Shown piece after piece: positions 10,889 to 22,575 of a DNA stretch of 64,000 nt. Each line of letters opens with the position of its first letter. Within the stretch, counting starts at the first letter, position 1. The stretch is from positions 14,012,001-14,076,000 of the forward strand of contig NC_047062.1 of assembly GCF_902459465.1 (NCBI RefSeq), written 5' to 3'. Both the position numbers and the translations under genes were made by a program. The notes beneath the pieces were generated by a model. It made no database searches. It was not told the origin of the DNA and saw only the letters and a list, made by a program, of their open reading frames with translations. Origin of the DNA: Asterias rubens (taxonomy: Eukaryota).

Positions 10889-13800
10889 CTGTGAAACAAC
10901 TTGTTTCAGATTCCCCTAACAGGAGACGGAGCCAAACTGTTGTACTTTTCCTGAGAAAAACCTCCTCTCGTGCCCTCATAAACAAAGGTGCCGGGCTTAC
11001 TCTCTAAGCCATAGGGTAACGTTCCACACAACACACACTCCGCAGCAGTTGGGCAAATTAAAATCACGGGGGAAACTGTAGATTTTGGATAAATATAACT
11101 CTGCAGCCTAATGAGTTGTATTTATAGTCTTGAAGAAAGTGTGTGTCTACACATAGCTTTGCCAGCCTCTCTGGTAGGGTAACCGTGACTGTCTGTTGAC
11201 CTTATGGATTCGTCAGGGCTGACAACAGACAGACCTGGGACCCACACTGACTACAGCAGTCAGCTTCTTTCGACTCAACACTAGGCTGACCTAGGCACTC
11301 ACAAAATGACGCACTTCCCGTCATAATGTACCATTCATCCCATAAAATCCCTTTATGTTTGATAAGATAATGAGCGTGACTAGAGGCATGCACGCACACC
11401 TACAGACCTACGAGCTTTTGTGCCCTCAGTGCCAACGTTACGTGAACATTGCTCACAATCAATATATTTTCAGCTCTGAGCTAATCTCAGGGGTATATTT
11501 CCCCCTATTTCCCCCCTATGAGCAAAAACGATACTTAATGGCAGTTTGTCCAACGGGTTCACTTTATCCACCAAGTAAATTTCCATGAATTCTAAAAACA
11601 GAATTATTTTCTCAAGCTGCAAAAGTACGTCAGTCATTAAGGATAAAAAACATTTGCTAATCGATGTTTCATGCACACTGGAGTGTTAAAACCACAATAG
11701 GGAGAATTTAAAAAAGTAAATTGCAAATGGCAAATTTACATTGTTAAACATATATTCAGACAATTTTGAGAACAATTTACATGTAATTGATCCCTTTCTA
11801 GTGCAAGCTAGTCCAACTCCATCTTTGCCAATTTGTGTGGAGCGCTTTTTTTCGCATTCATGACTTTCATTTTATGCATTGAAAGCTCTGGGCTCACTCC
11901 AAGTCAGCCAAGGCACTTTAAAAGAACCTTGAAGGATTTTCTAGGACTACCATAGATTCGCATTGACCTATCCTGCTTGAGATAAGCCACACCCCCTTAC
12001 ATGGCCACCTGAGGGCGACTATAGTCAGCAGGCATCAAGAACTGAGCAAATTAGCTTTGGATGAGCAACATAGTTGAGCCCCCCAAATCTTTTCAGCGAA
12101 TCCATGTGATTCCAAAATCCATGTGATTGATGAGCAACAGGGTTAAGCACACAGTTTATTTGCATAATCCATGCGATTTCTGTCATAAACTTTAGATTAT
12201 CATACTAATTCCTGGTGTACGTAATTTTATTCATTAAAGAATCGGCGCAGGATATTCAAAATTGAGAAGTGTACTTAGAATTTATAATTAATTATTGCAG
12301 ATTGCGAGGAATTAGGAAAATAGGGTCAACTGATGATATCTAAGGTTATGATGAGTGGGATGGAGACAAAACCACCTCAGCTTTATCAAAAATACAACTT
12401 TGATATTGGAGAGGGAAAAGGGAGGAAACTTCCACAAAACTTTTCAGTTTTCTTTGGCACTGAAATCAAGGCTACATTAGAGGAAATCAAGGCGCAATTT
12501 CATGGCTCTGCTTACCACCAAATTATGCGCTTAGGATCAACATTCTCGAGCAAGCGCCAAATTTCTATGCTAGCTGTGTAAGCGAAGAATACCTAGTAAC
12601 ATGGAATACACACAAGCACAAGCAAAAATTCCTTGCAAAGCGGTGAAATACATAAGGCGTAAAGGTAAGGTTATTGCTTTGTTTTTTTCAACGTTGCTGA
12701 TTTTTATGCATTATTAATAATAATAATAATAATAAGACTTGTAATGCGCACATATCCACCCTGCTGGGTGTTCAAGGCGCAGAAAGATTACTAAGAAAGA
12801 TACAATCAAAACTGATTGCGGTGTCTACTTGTTGAGAAAACAACCAAAAATGAGGGTACTTTCACATCCACGTTTAATGAGAAGACAGCAGGTACCAATC
12901 AATCTCTGGATAAAGCATTCATAATGAATATCAACCCTTAAAAATCCAAGAAACTATTTATGCATGAATCATTTCTCAGATTCAAATGTTTTGGGTTAAA
13001 AAAATTATCCAATAGTAAAATAATTACTTCAAAGGCAATCAATCCCTTCTCAAAATAAATCCTACAATCAACACCTGCAGTGCTTCTTACAAAACGAGCA
13101 TTTATGGCCAATCATTTTCTTAGTATTTTTTTAACCAATCTATGACCCTACCTTTAAATTATAATACAACGTGATTAATATGCTTGTACCTGATGGAACT
13201 CCAGGACAAATCAAAATATGTAAATAACAAATTCCTAAAGTATTGTAGTGTACCTACTAGATTACCTCCATTTTATTCCCCTCTTCCATAAGAACAAGAA
13301 TTTTTTTTTTTTTTTTAATATTCGCAAATACCCAAGGGCAAAGGGGCTTCCAAAATATGGAGATAAGGGGAACTGGTGCATATAATTGAATTTTAATATT
13401 GTATGTAGCACAGAAAAAAAGGTTTTTGAAGAATCACTTGCTAGATGTGCTGAGTGAGAGCAACAGCATAAATGGTGACCACATAACAATGCTCAAGAAA
13501 TAAGCATTTTCGGTAGGAGTCTAATCAAGGAGTTTAGTTTTGTTCAAGCATTTTAAAACAAGCTCCCTGGTGAGAATACAACCCGGGCAACCATGGTGCT
13601 CCAACGGCTTCTTCATACACAGTATCAACCTCTACTCTCGCAGGTACCCATTTATACCCCTGGGTGAAGAGAAGCAATTAAGTATCTTGCTAAAGGACAC
13701 GAGTGTCACGACGGGGACCCGAACCCAGACTCCGATGACTTTACCACTAGAAGTTGAATTCGATGCTCTACAAACCGCTTGGCCATGAACTCTCTCCAAT

Positions 13801-15829
13801 TCGTTTGATGTGGCACCAAATAAAAGGAGATTACCTTCTTTAAAACATGACTTACCATGTAAGCAATGTTCAAAGGGCATACCTATGCAGGCCTTGAACA
13901 CCGCACTTAAAGGGGCATCGCAATTTCTCTCCAATAAGGGGCACTAGTTCTATGAGGAAAATGTAAACTTGAATTGCAACTTTGCAGATTGCACCCCAGT
14001 AAAAGCACATGGCACCACAGATATTGCTATGGGTGCCGTGGGTTATTTCCAGGCTCGACTTGGAGTAAACAATGAATCTTTTAAAAGTTTTAGCAACAGT
14101 TGGTTGTTGATGCCTGTTTTGCAAAGTTTATTTCATATTATTGCAACACAAATACAGCACTATGATTAATACATCATGATGGGGAACGTTCTTAACAGCT
14201 TGTTCCTCGGCAATGAGCCAATATTATCAGGTTATTCTTAGAACCACTGAATCCTGTTTTGATGAAGACTGAACATGTGGATATTTTTTCTCTTTTTTTT
14301 TTCTTGATCCAATGTGAGCGATTGTTGGCACAGGTTCTTTTACGTTATTTATATTGACAGAAAAATCCAACCCACACTAACCAGCATAGTTTGACAATTC
14401 TCAAAGTAGACTGCCGACAGTTCCCAAAAGAATTGTTACTTTTTATCAGAGGAATTTGTGCACAGCATACTAACATTTTCCCCATTCACTATCTCCCAAG
14501 CACAAGCAAAGACTCAAGTGTTCTGTGAATGTTTACATTCAAAAGATAAACGCACTTCTTGATCTTCTGGAGAGCTATTGAAAAAAATCTTGAAAGCATG
14601 ACCCAATTTACAAGGCCTTATAAATTTACCTTTCAGTTTTACAAACTCCACAAAAAAAACATTGTTGCTTCTTTATGATCGAGCCTTGGGCAGGTGAAAC
14701 TAAAAGATAAGATTTTCCGACTTTACATCACACAGTGTCAAGTTGACCATCTGTAAGCCCGGTTCATAGTTTCTTCGAATGAGATCTGTATTTTGACGTC
14801 ACAAATTCGCAAGGAATAATTTGCAACAGCAAAACAGCCATGTGGCATCAACATTCGCGGGAAGTATGAAACAGGTAGTTATAGTAATTTTTTTAACTTA
14901 AACTAATGTGTTTTGTGTCAATACTGCAACTTTCGGAGTTCTTTAAAATTCCTTGCAGGATTGGTTGGTGAACTCCTTGGCTGCGAAGAAAAATTTAACA
15001 AATTGACACAGCTCAAAACCCAGACCCAAGTATGACATTCGCGGAATGAGCAATGTCACATCATATAATGAGCAAAAAGGCATGCTTATTTCACCATCTC
15101 TGACTTGATCGCTGCGTTCCACTGCATTGCTCTTAAGCATATGATTTGACTCTTCAAACCTTCGACGGTAGCCAATTTACAGTTTGGAAAAGAAAACCTC
15201 AGACTGTCTTCTGATTATGAAGTTTTAACTTATTTTATGTTTAGGATGTTATGTCATGGTAACTGATGTAGACCCTGGCAAAGAATCTTTGAGAGGGCAT
15301 TTTCATTTTGTATCCGAGTTTTGGATGTTAGACGAGAGTCCTCGGAATATTTCCCTTTTTTTTCTTTAGGGGGGAATTCTTAATGGTTTGATCTTTATGA
15401 TTTCTCTATAATTTATTCTGAAGTTAAAAGAACACAAATTTATTTTGATTGATTGATTTTTCATTTATTTTTGGGGGGAAGCATAATATTGTACAAAAAA
15501 AAAAAAAAATAACTATTCTCTCAAAGCCCCCTTTAAAACAAACTTTTCAAAACTAAAAAATGAGAACATTTATCAAACTCAATTAGCTTTATAATATGAT
15601 ATATGTTAGTGACTTTGATTACACCAAAAAACATTGGTCAATAGTGTTTTGTTGTCTTCCTTCTGAAAAATACATCACTGAATGGTTCTTAACATTCTGA
15701 GTATGAAAAGTGAAAGGTTTTTCCTGTTCAAACTCTCTATCAGTCACATGAATTGATGTGTAATTTATATCTTTACTCTTGTTTTTTTATTATGATGTCT
15801 TGATGTATTCTTTTCCTGGCAGCACTTAC

Positions 15830-15923
15830 CTTTTGGTTTCAATGTTTGTACAAGTAGTCAAGATTAGCCTGAAAGTTGTCTGCAAGCTCAAACTTCATAA
15901 TGAGGCACATGCCTCCTACTGAG
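15830..15923 (-). other. Probable non-coding (UTR) exon, 94 nt
   Basis: Strong acceptor TCTTGTTTTCATTTCAG and consensus donor AAG|GTAAGT. Stop codons in all three frames. Confidence 0.5.
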
Positions 15924-16893
15924 CTGAAATGAAAACAAGAACAACTCACTGATAAAAGTAGGGTCATCGTTTGGTTTTTGTCAAGTTATGCTGATTTATA
16001 GTTTCAGTTGACTGAATAAGCGATTTTGGAAGCTTTACATGGTGTGAATAATAAGAATTAACTATTAATAATAAACAAATCTTCTGAAGAGGAGCAGGGT
16101 ATGCTGTTTGAAGTGTCGAGGCCAAACCGGCTCTTTCCAGAGCCACCACTCCCTCAAAAGACCATGGTTGTCCCCACAAGCTTACAGTTTTTTCTCAGTG
16201 TCGACTTGTTGACAAAACAGCAAAAAAAATGTCTTGGTAATTTCACCAAGAATCGATAAACCCATCCGAGCATTCATCTTCTTCTTTTTTTTCATTTAAA
16301 TACACACTTATTTACTTTATACTTTACTATAATTGCTTTTCAGCACCCGGAGGTATAAATGGGTAGAGGTTGATATTGTAAATAAAAAAAGCCTTCTGAG
16401 CGCCAAGGCAGCTCAGGGCTGTATACTCCCCAGGGTGGCTGAGAAAGATTAAAAAGGGATGCTATTGTTCAAAATGACCAGGACACTAATGTAAAACGCA
16501 TTGATACGGTTTATTGTGAAACGCGCTGTATAATAATTTGTTGTTATTGTTAATTTGTTGTTACTTATAAATCAAAAATCTTCAGAGACAATGTGTTAAT
16601 AATGGTTGTTGGTCTACCAGTGACAAATTGGGTGACACAACTTTAGAGCGATTTACACAATGTGTACATTTTTAAATCCTCCATTTTTTTCAGGAGAACC
16701 ATCACAACTAAAAACTACCATGCTCTCAATAAATAATGTGTGTGTGGGGGGGGGGGGGGGGTTCCTCAAAGGAAGTGCAAATAACATCTTGTCTTGTGAA
16801 ATGTGGTTTCATAAAATGCGCAAGATTGAATTAAAACCCTATTTTTCGTCTTTCAAGGTGATGGGTACCAGCACCTGCTTTGAAACCTAGTAA

Positions 16894-17186
16894 GCTTTGA
16901 ATTTAAAAAATCACTCTAAATTTAATTGCCCTACCAGTCTTTTATCAAAAATGAAGTTCAATATTGTCAACATTTATGTTGTCCATAATAAATTCTGTTT
17001 GATCGGATTTATTATCTTGAAAACAGCCCTTGCATAAAAATTTACACCAAGACAAATAGAAGGCTACTGCCTGCATTTATTTTTTGTGGGGGCAGCAAAC
17101 TCACAAAAAGTAAACCTAAGGGTAGAAACGTGATCGCCAACTTAACGTTATTTTGAAGGAAAACAACCTCACGTTCAAACTAATTC
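16894..17186 (+). repeat. Local dispersed duplication, about 290 bp, copy 1 (copy 2 at 18418-18704)
   Basis: By-eye alignment shows about 5 substitutions and one 6-nt indel (ACCTAA). Confidence 0.95.
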
Positions 17187-17473
17187 CCTGCTGGATCATT
17201 TGATGACTGTTTGGCCTCACTATTCGGCACTGACACTTGTTATTTACACTGATCACTAACGCTTTGTGCCCAAAGTAGTTAATACAGTTGTTAGTCCTTG
17301 CAGTGTCCAGACCGATTAGAATGGCCCAATTTAGCGAGTACTCTTGTATTGGTTACAATGCACAACACAACCTCCAAAATGATCTTTGTGATTTTCAGTT
17401 TTGGATGTCAATTTGGAACTTGTGAATGCCTTGTCTGCAGTCTTTTTTTCTATAATTTTTATTTATAAGTTTT

Positions 17474-17865
17474 TTAAAGCTGTTGGACCCTTTCGGCACA
17501 ACAAAATTAATAAAAGTTCACAGATTTACAAATAACTTACAGGGTTTACAGAAGGTAGTGGTGAAAGACTTCTCTTGAAATATTATTCCATGAAATGCTT
17601 TACCTTTTGAGAAAACAGTAAAACAATATCAATTCTCGATAACAAGAATTACGGATTTATTTTAAACACAAGTCATGACACGGCGAAACGTGCGGATACA
17701 AGGGTGGGTTTTCCCGTTATTTTCTCCCGACTCCGATGACCGTTTGAGCCTAAATTTTCACAGGTTTGTTATTTGATATAGAAGTTGTAATACACGAAGT
17801 GTGGGCCTTGGACAATACTGTTTGCCGAAAGGGTCCATTGGACCCTTTCGGTCCAATGGCTTTAA
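17474..17865 (-). mobile_element. TTAA-flanked non-autonomous DNA transposon, second subfamily
   Basis: TTAA-AGCTGTTGGACCC ... GGTCCAATGGCT-TTAA. Related copy at 32326-32628 with TIR TTAAAGCCATTGGACACTT. Confidence 0.8.
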
Positions 17866-18866
17866 GTACTAATTTACAGCTTGAAACATGTATAGACACC
17901 ACTACACACAGAAAACTTTGCAACAACACAAATTTGTTACCAGCCAAACTACAAATAGCTTTATGTTTAGCTAAGCAAATATTTAGGCAGGGTAACAGTA
18001 AAATGCAAACACTATTACACAATTGTCACAATGTTCCCTGGTTCCCTGCCTACCTATATTTGCTGAGCTAAATATAAGTAATTTAAAGCAACCTATTTTG
18101 GTTGGTGCTAATCGGGAGATTTTGTTTTTGACAACGGATGATTCTGTGACGGTTTTTCAGCCAAATGTAGTTTTCAGCACAACTAAGATTCATCCAAACT
18201 GTTGTATAAAGTGAGGAACGACCGTCCTTAGAGCTGACGCATGCGCAGATGACGGCAAAATGTCATCATTAGCGTCGCAGAACCATCCGTCATCGAAAAT
18301 GAAAACTCCCTAAACAACGGCAGCCACAAACCAGGGCCCAATTTCATGGCTCTGCTTACCGCCGAATTCTGCGCTTACGATCGCGATTCCCTGCCTAGGT
18401 GCAAGCGCCGGATTTCTGCTTTGAATTTAAAAAATCACTCTAAATTGAATTGCCCTACCAGTCTTTTATCAAAAATGAAGTTCAATATTGTCAACATTTA
18501 TGTTGTCCATAATAAATTCTGTTTGATCAGTTTTATTATCTTGAAAACAGCCCTTGCATAAAAATTGACACCAAGACAAATAGAAGCCTACTGCCTGCAT
18601 TTATTTTTTGTGGGGGCAGCAAACTCACAAAAAGTAAGGGTAGAAACGTGATCGCCAACTTAACGTTATTTTGAAGGAAAACAACCTCACGTTCAAACTA
18701 ATTCACTCAGTGAATTTTCATACAGCTGTTAAGCAGAAAATACTGCCAGACAACTTCTTTGCTAAGCAAGAATCTAGTGGGGTACCAGTCACAACAATGT
18801 AAACTTAATTTGTGACCCACTCTGTGAAAGTGAGTCACATGTCGCCCAATGCAATATTACGTTATG

Positions 18867-21174
18867 GACAGTTTAATGTGGAAAATGTATAAAAAAATAA
18901 AATAAAATTTTTAAGATCTTTAGTTGCATGGTTAACCTTTAGAACACTTTTAGGCAATAAAGCTACGAATACAACAATTTTGCGATCATACTCTTGTCGA
19001 ATTTGTATCCTTTTGCACACAATGGCAGTTTAAAATATCATCACACTTTTGCTGAAACATTGTTAGAAATTAATAGTGAAAAAAAATAATCAAAATTTGT
19101 AAATTGCAACCGAAAGAAGTGAACTATTTAGAACACTCCAAACAAAAGGGGTGTTACTACACGGCAGCGTGTGCGCTATATGCGTGCACGACGGGTACCA
19201 TAAGCGTCCAGCGCGCCCGCGCTTCCGCGTAAACACCCCTTTTACAAAATGGTTTAGTCCAACTCGGTCGTTGCTCGGCAGTTCAGCAAGCGAGTAGGCT
19301 AATGCCCGCGTGTACAGCGCCGGTGACCAAAAAAATAAAGCGTTGAGCATATTAAGAAGTTAAAAAACGTTTGATGCGCCAGAAAAACAACAGTGAGTAC
19401 CGAGCAGAAAATTTCATTTTTTTTAATGTTTTTTAGTTTAACTCAACAAAAAGGCAATACAAGCATCTTAAATGTATATATTGAGTGTGTTGGATAAGTT
19501 TTGGATGTGTAGTACATCTTATAAGAAACTTTACAGTTATTGATGGCTAATGGTCGTAAAACTTTCATCTATCAAAGCCGATTTGAAAAACGTATCAGCG
19601 TTTAATAAGGAGGCCCAAAATATTAGACCCCTATAATAAGGCTCACGGGTGAGCCTTATTATAGTTTCTAGAAGTATTCCAGGGTACAATTATAGAATAC
19701 AGGGCCACTCCAGGGTTAGGGTTAGGGTTAGGGTTAGGCCAGGGTTACTCCTAGAACTATTGCGGTTTCGTCCGGCTATCGTCTCCCGTAACCGATAGCC
19801 GGACGAAACCGAAATAGTTCTAGGAGTAGGCCAGGGTTAGGGTTAGGGTTGTCGCCGAGTGTGGCCCTGTGTCCTATAGTTACTCCGAAAATCCGAGTCT
19901 ACCTTCTTTCTTAAGTGAAACGAAAAAAAAATTACACTTACAGTTCATTCAAATTACCATTTGGTGCACCTTGGATGCACTCCACCGTGAAGATCCATAC
20001 CTTGGCATAGAACGTGTACTGACAGTTTAATGTGGAAAATGTATAAAAAAATAAAATAAAATTTTTAAGATCTTTAGTTGCATGGTTAACCTTTAGAACA
20101 CTTTTAGGCAATAAAGCTACGAATACAACAATTTTGCGATCATACTCTTGTCGAATTTGTATCCTTTTGCACACAATGGCAGTTTAAAATATCATCACAC
20201 TTTTGCTGAAACATTGTTAGCAATTAATAGTGAAAAAAAATAATCAAAATTTGTAAATTGCAACCGAAAGAAGTGAACTATTTAGAACACTCCAAACAAA
20301 AGGGGTGTTACTACACGGCAGCGTGTGCGCTATATGCGTGCACGACGGGTACCATAAGCGTCCAGCGCGCCCGCGCTTCCGCGTAAACACCCCTTTTACA
20401 AAATGGTTTAGTCCAACTCGGTCGTTGCTCGGCAGTTCAGCAAGCGAGTAGGCTAATGCCCGCGTGTACAGCGCCGGTGACCAAAAAAATAAAGCGTTGA
20501 GCATATTAAGAAGTTAAAAAACGTTTGATGCGCCAGAAAAACAACAGTGAGTACCGAGCAGAAAATTTCATTTTTTTTAATGTTTTTTAGTTTAACTCAA
20601 CAAAAAGGCAATACAAGCATCTTAAATGTATATATTGAGTGTGTTGGATAAGTTTTGGATGTGTAGTACATCTTATAAGAAACTTTACAGTTATTGATGG
20701 CTAATGGTCGTAAAACTTTCATCTATCAAAGCCGATTTGAAAAACGTATCAGCGTTTAATAAGGAGGCCCAAAATATTAGACCCCTATAATAAGGCTCAC
20801 GGGTGAGCCTTATTATAGTTTCTAGAAGTATTCCAGGGTACAATTATAGAATACAGGGCCACTCCAGGGTTAGGGTTAGGGTTAGGGTTAGGCCAGGGTT
20901 ACTCCTAGAACTATTGCGGTTTCGTCCGGCTATCGTCTCCCGTAACCGATAGCCGGACGAAACCGAAATAGTTCTAGGAGTAGGCCAGGGTTAGGGTTAG
21001 GGTTGTCGCCGAGTGTGGCCCTGTGTCCTATAGTTACTCCGAAAATCCGAGTCTACCTTCTTTCTTAAGTGAAACGAAAAAAAAATTACACTTACAGTTC
21101 ATTCAAATTACCATTTGGTGCACCTTGGATGCACTCCACCGTGAAGATCCATACCTTGGCATAGAACGTGTACT
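18867..21174 (+). repeat. Tandem duplication, 2 x 1154 bp, near-identical
   Basis: GACAGTTTAATGTGG starts at 18867 and 20021. Only one substitution noticed (TTAGAAATT vs TTAGCAATT). The ORF track shows identical 86-aa ORFs 1154 nt apart. Confidence 0.97.
19689..19880. mobile_element. MITE-like cassette with internal TTAGGG repeats and a 36-bp-arm hairpin (second copy 20843-21034)
   Basis: Imperfect TIRs TATAGAATACAGGGCCAC / GTGGCCCTGTGTCCTATA. AGGG(TTAGGG)3 at 19712-19733. Hairpin 19746-19828. Confidence 0.7.
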
Positions 21175-21198
21175 GAAGCCATGCATATCACACTGCTG
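21096..21198 (-). other. Probable non-coding (5' UTR) exon, 103 nt
   Basis: Acceptor CTCGTCTTTTTGCTTCCTCCAG followed by CAGCAG (NAGNAG). Donor CT|GTAAGT. Contains several short ATG-led ORFs. Confidence 0.4.
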
Positions 21199-21933
21199 CT
21201 GGAGGAAGCAAAAAGACGAGTTCGCCAGTACGATTTTTCTGTGTCCACTCTGTTTTCCAGGCCCTAGTCACTAGTGGTAGGCAGCAAATGCTCTCCCAGC
21301 AGATTATTACCTCTGTGTTTGCGCTCTAAACCGGAACCCAGCTCTGAATTGCAACATTATTGTTGTTATTCAACCTGTTATGAATATCATAACCATGTCA
21401 TGCCTAATTATACTGTGAAGAATTACAAAGTCGCGTGGCAATGTTTACTTTGTAACACAATGCATGCAATGTGCAGTCAATCTGCTGCATGCATGCATTG
21501 TTATCACAAATTTTCCGCCAGTCAGCAGCTGTTTCACACAATGTAGCGCCCTCTCGCGTCCAATCTACAGCGCTCTCAACTCGTTAACTTTCTGCAAGAG
21601 GGTACGCTTTCTCATTATTCAATGTGGTACCTTGGAGTTGTGGTATGGATAGAATTACACCAGAATAAAAATGCAAGAATGCACAGAAAAATAATACAAA
21701 ATCTATTTTATAGGCCAATCAATTGAATTAACAACTGAACTCACTGTGGTGTGAGACAAACTTGAGTGGGAGACCCCAAGTCTTTTAGTTTTAGGGAATT
21801 CCTAATAATTGCTAAACAGTGTGAGAATGAAGTGTGGCACTTGTGAGGAGCGTCACGAAACTATGAGTTTATGCCATGCGGTTCAAAAATACCCTTACAA
21901 GATCTATATAATTGTTTTCTTCTTCATTTGTTC

Positions 21934-22040
21934 AAGCCTTCGAGAAAGACTCTGCTAGGGTCGAAACGTCAATTCATTACCTATTTCTTTGCATCTCATG
22001 GGTCCTTTTGTTTGGTGAGCACTTCGCAACAGCTAATTTT
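21934..22040 (+). mobile_element. Penelope-like element terminal-repeat remnant with hammerhead-like motif
   Basis: GCCT-TCGAGAA-A-GACTCT-GCT-AGGGTC-GAAA-C-GTC. Related copies at 4370-4410 and 44226-44350. Confidence 0.5.
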
Positions 22041-22189
22041 TTTCTCTCAAGATCTTTATAATGCAGATAAAATGTATGATTGAGACGACAGTCAGTCTGA
22101 CTGTCTTTAGATAAGTAAGGTTCATTTTCACTTCAAGTCAAGTAGTCAAAAGAAGTCATAGGGTGAATAAAAAAGGTGGGGAAAATGTT

Positions 22190-22575
22190 TTAAGGGCAGT
22201 GGACACTATTGGTAATTGTCAAAGACTAGCCTTCACAGTTGGTGTACATCAACATATGCATAAAATAACAAACCTGTGAAAATTTGAGCTCAATCGGTCA
22301 CCGAAGTTGCGACATAATAATGAAAGAAAAATAACCCTTGTCACACGAAGTTGTATGCATTTAGATGGTTGATTTCAAGACCTCAAGTTCTAAATCTGAG
22401 GTCTCGAAATCAAATTCATGGAAAATTACTTCTTTCTCGAAAACTGTGGCACTTCAGAGGGAGCCGTTTCTCCCAATGTTTTATACCATCAACCTCTCCC
22501 CATTACTCGTCACCAAGAAAGGTTTTATGCCAATAATTATTTTGAGTAATAACCAATAGTGTTCACTGCCTTTAA
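22190..22575 (+). mobile_element. TTAA-flanked Kolobok-like element (family of 4893-5282)
   Basis: TTAAGGGCAGTGGACACTATTGG ... CCAATAGTGTTCACTGCCTTTAA with shared internal sequence. Confidence 0.85.

Noticed and set aside
19090-19350. 86-aa ORF present twice (19090 and 20244)
   Set aside because: Duplicated only because of the 1154-bp tandem repeat. TTG start, no homology.
19712-19850. True telomere or chromosome-fusion scar
   Set aside because: Only a few same-orientation units inside a TIR-bounded cassette, with no head-to-head TTAGGG/CCCTAA junction.
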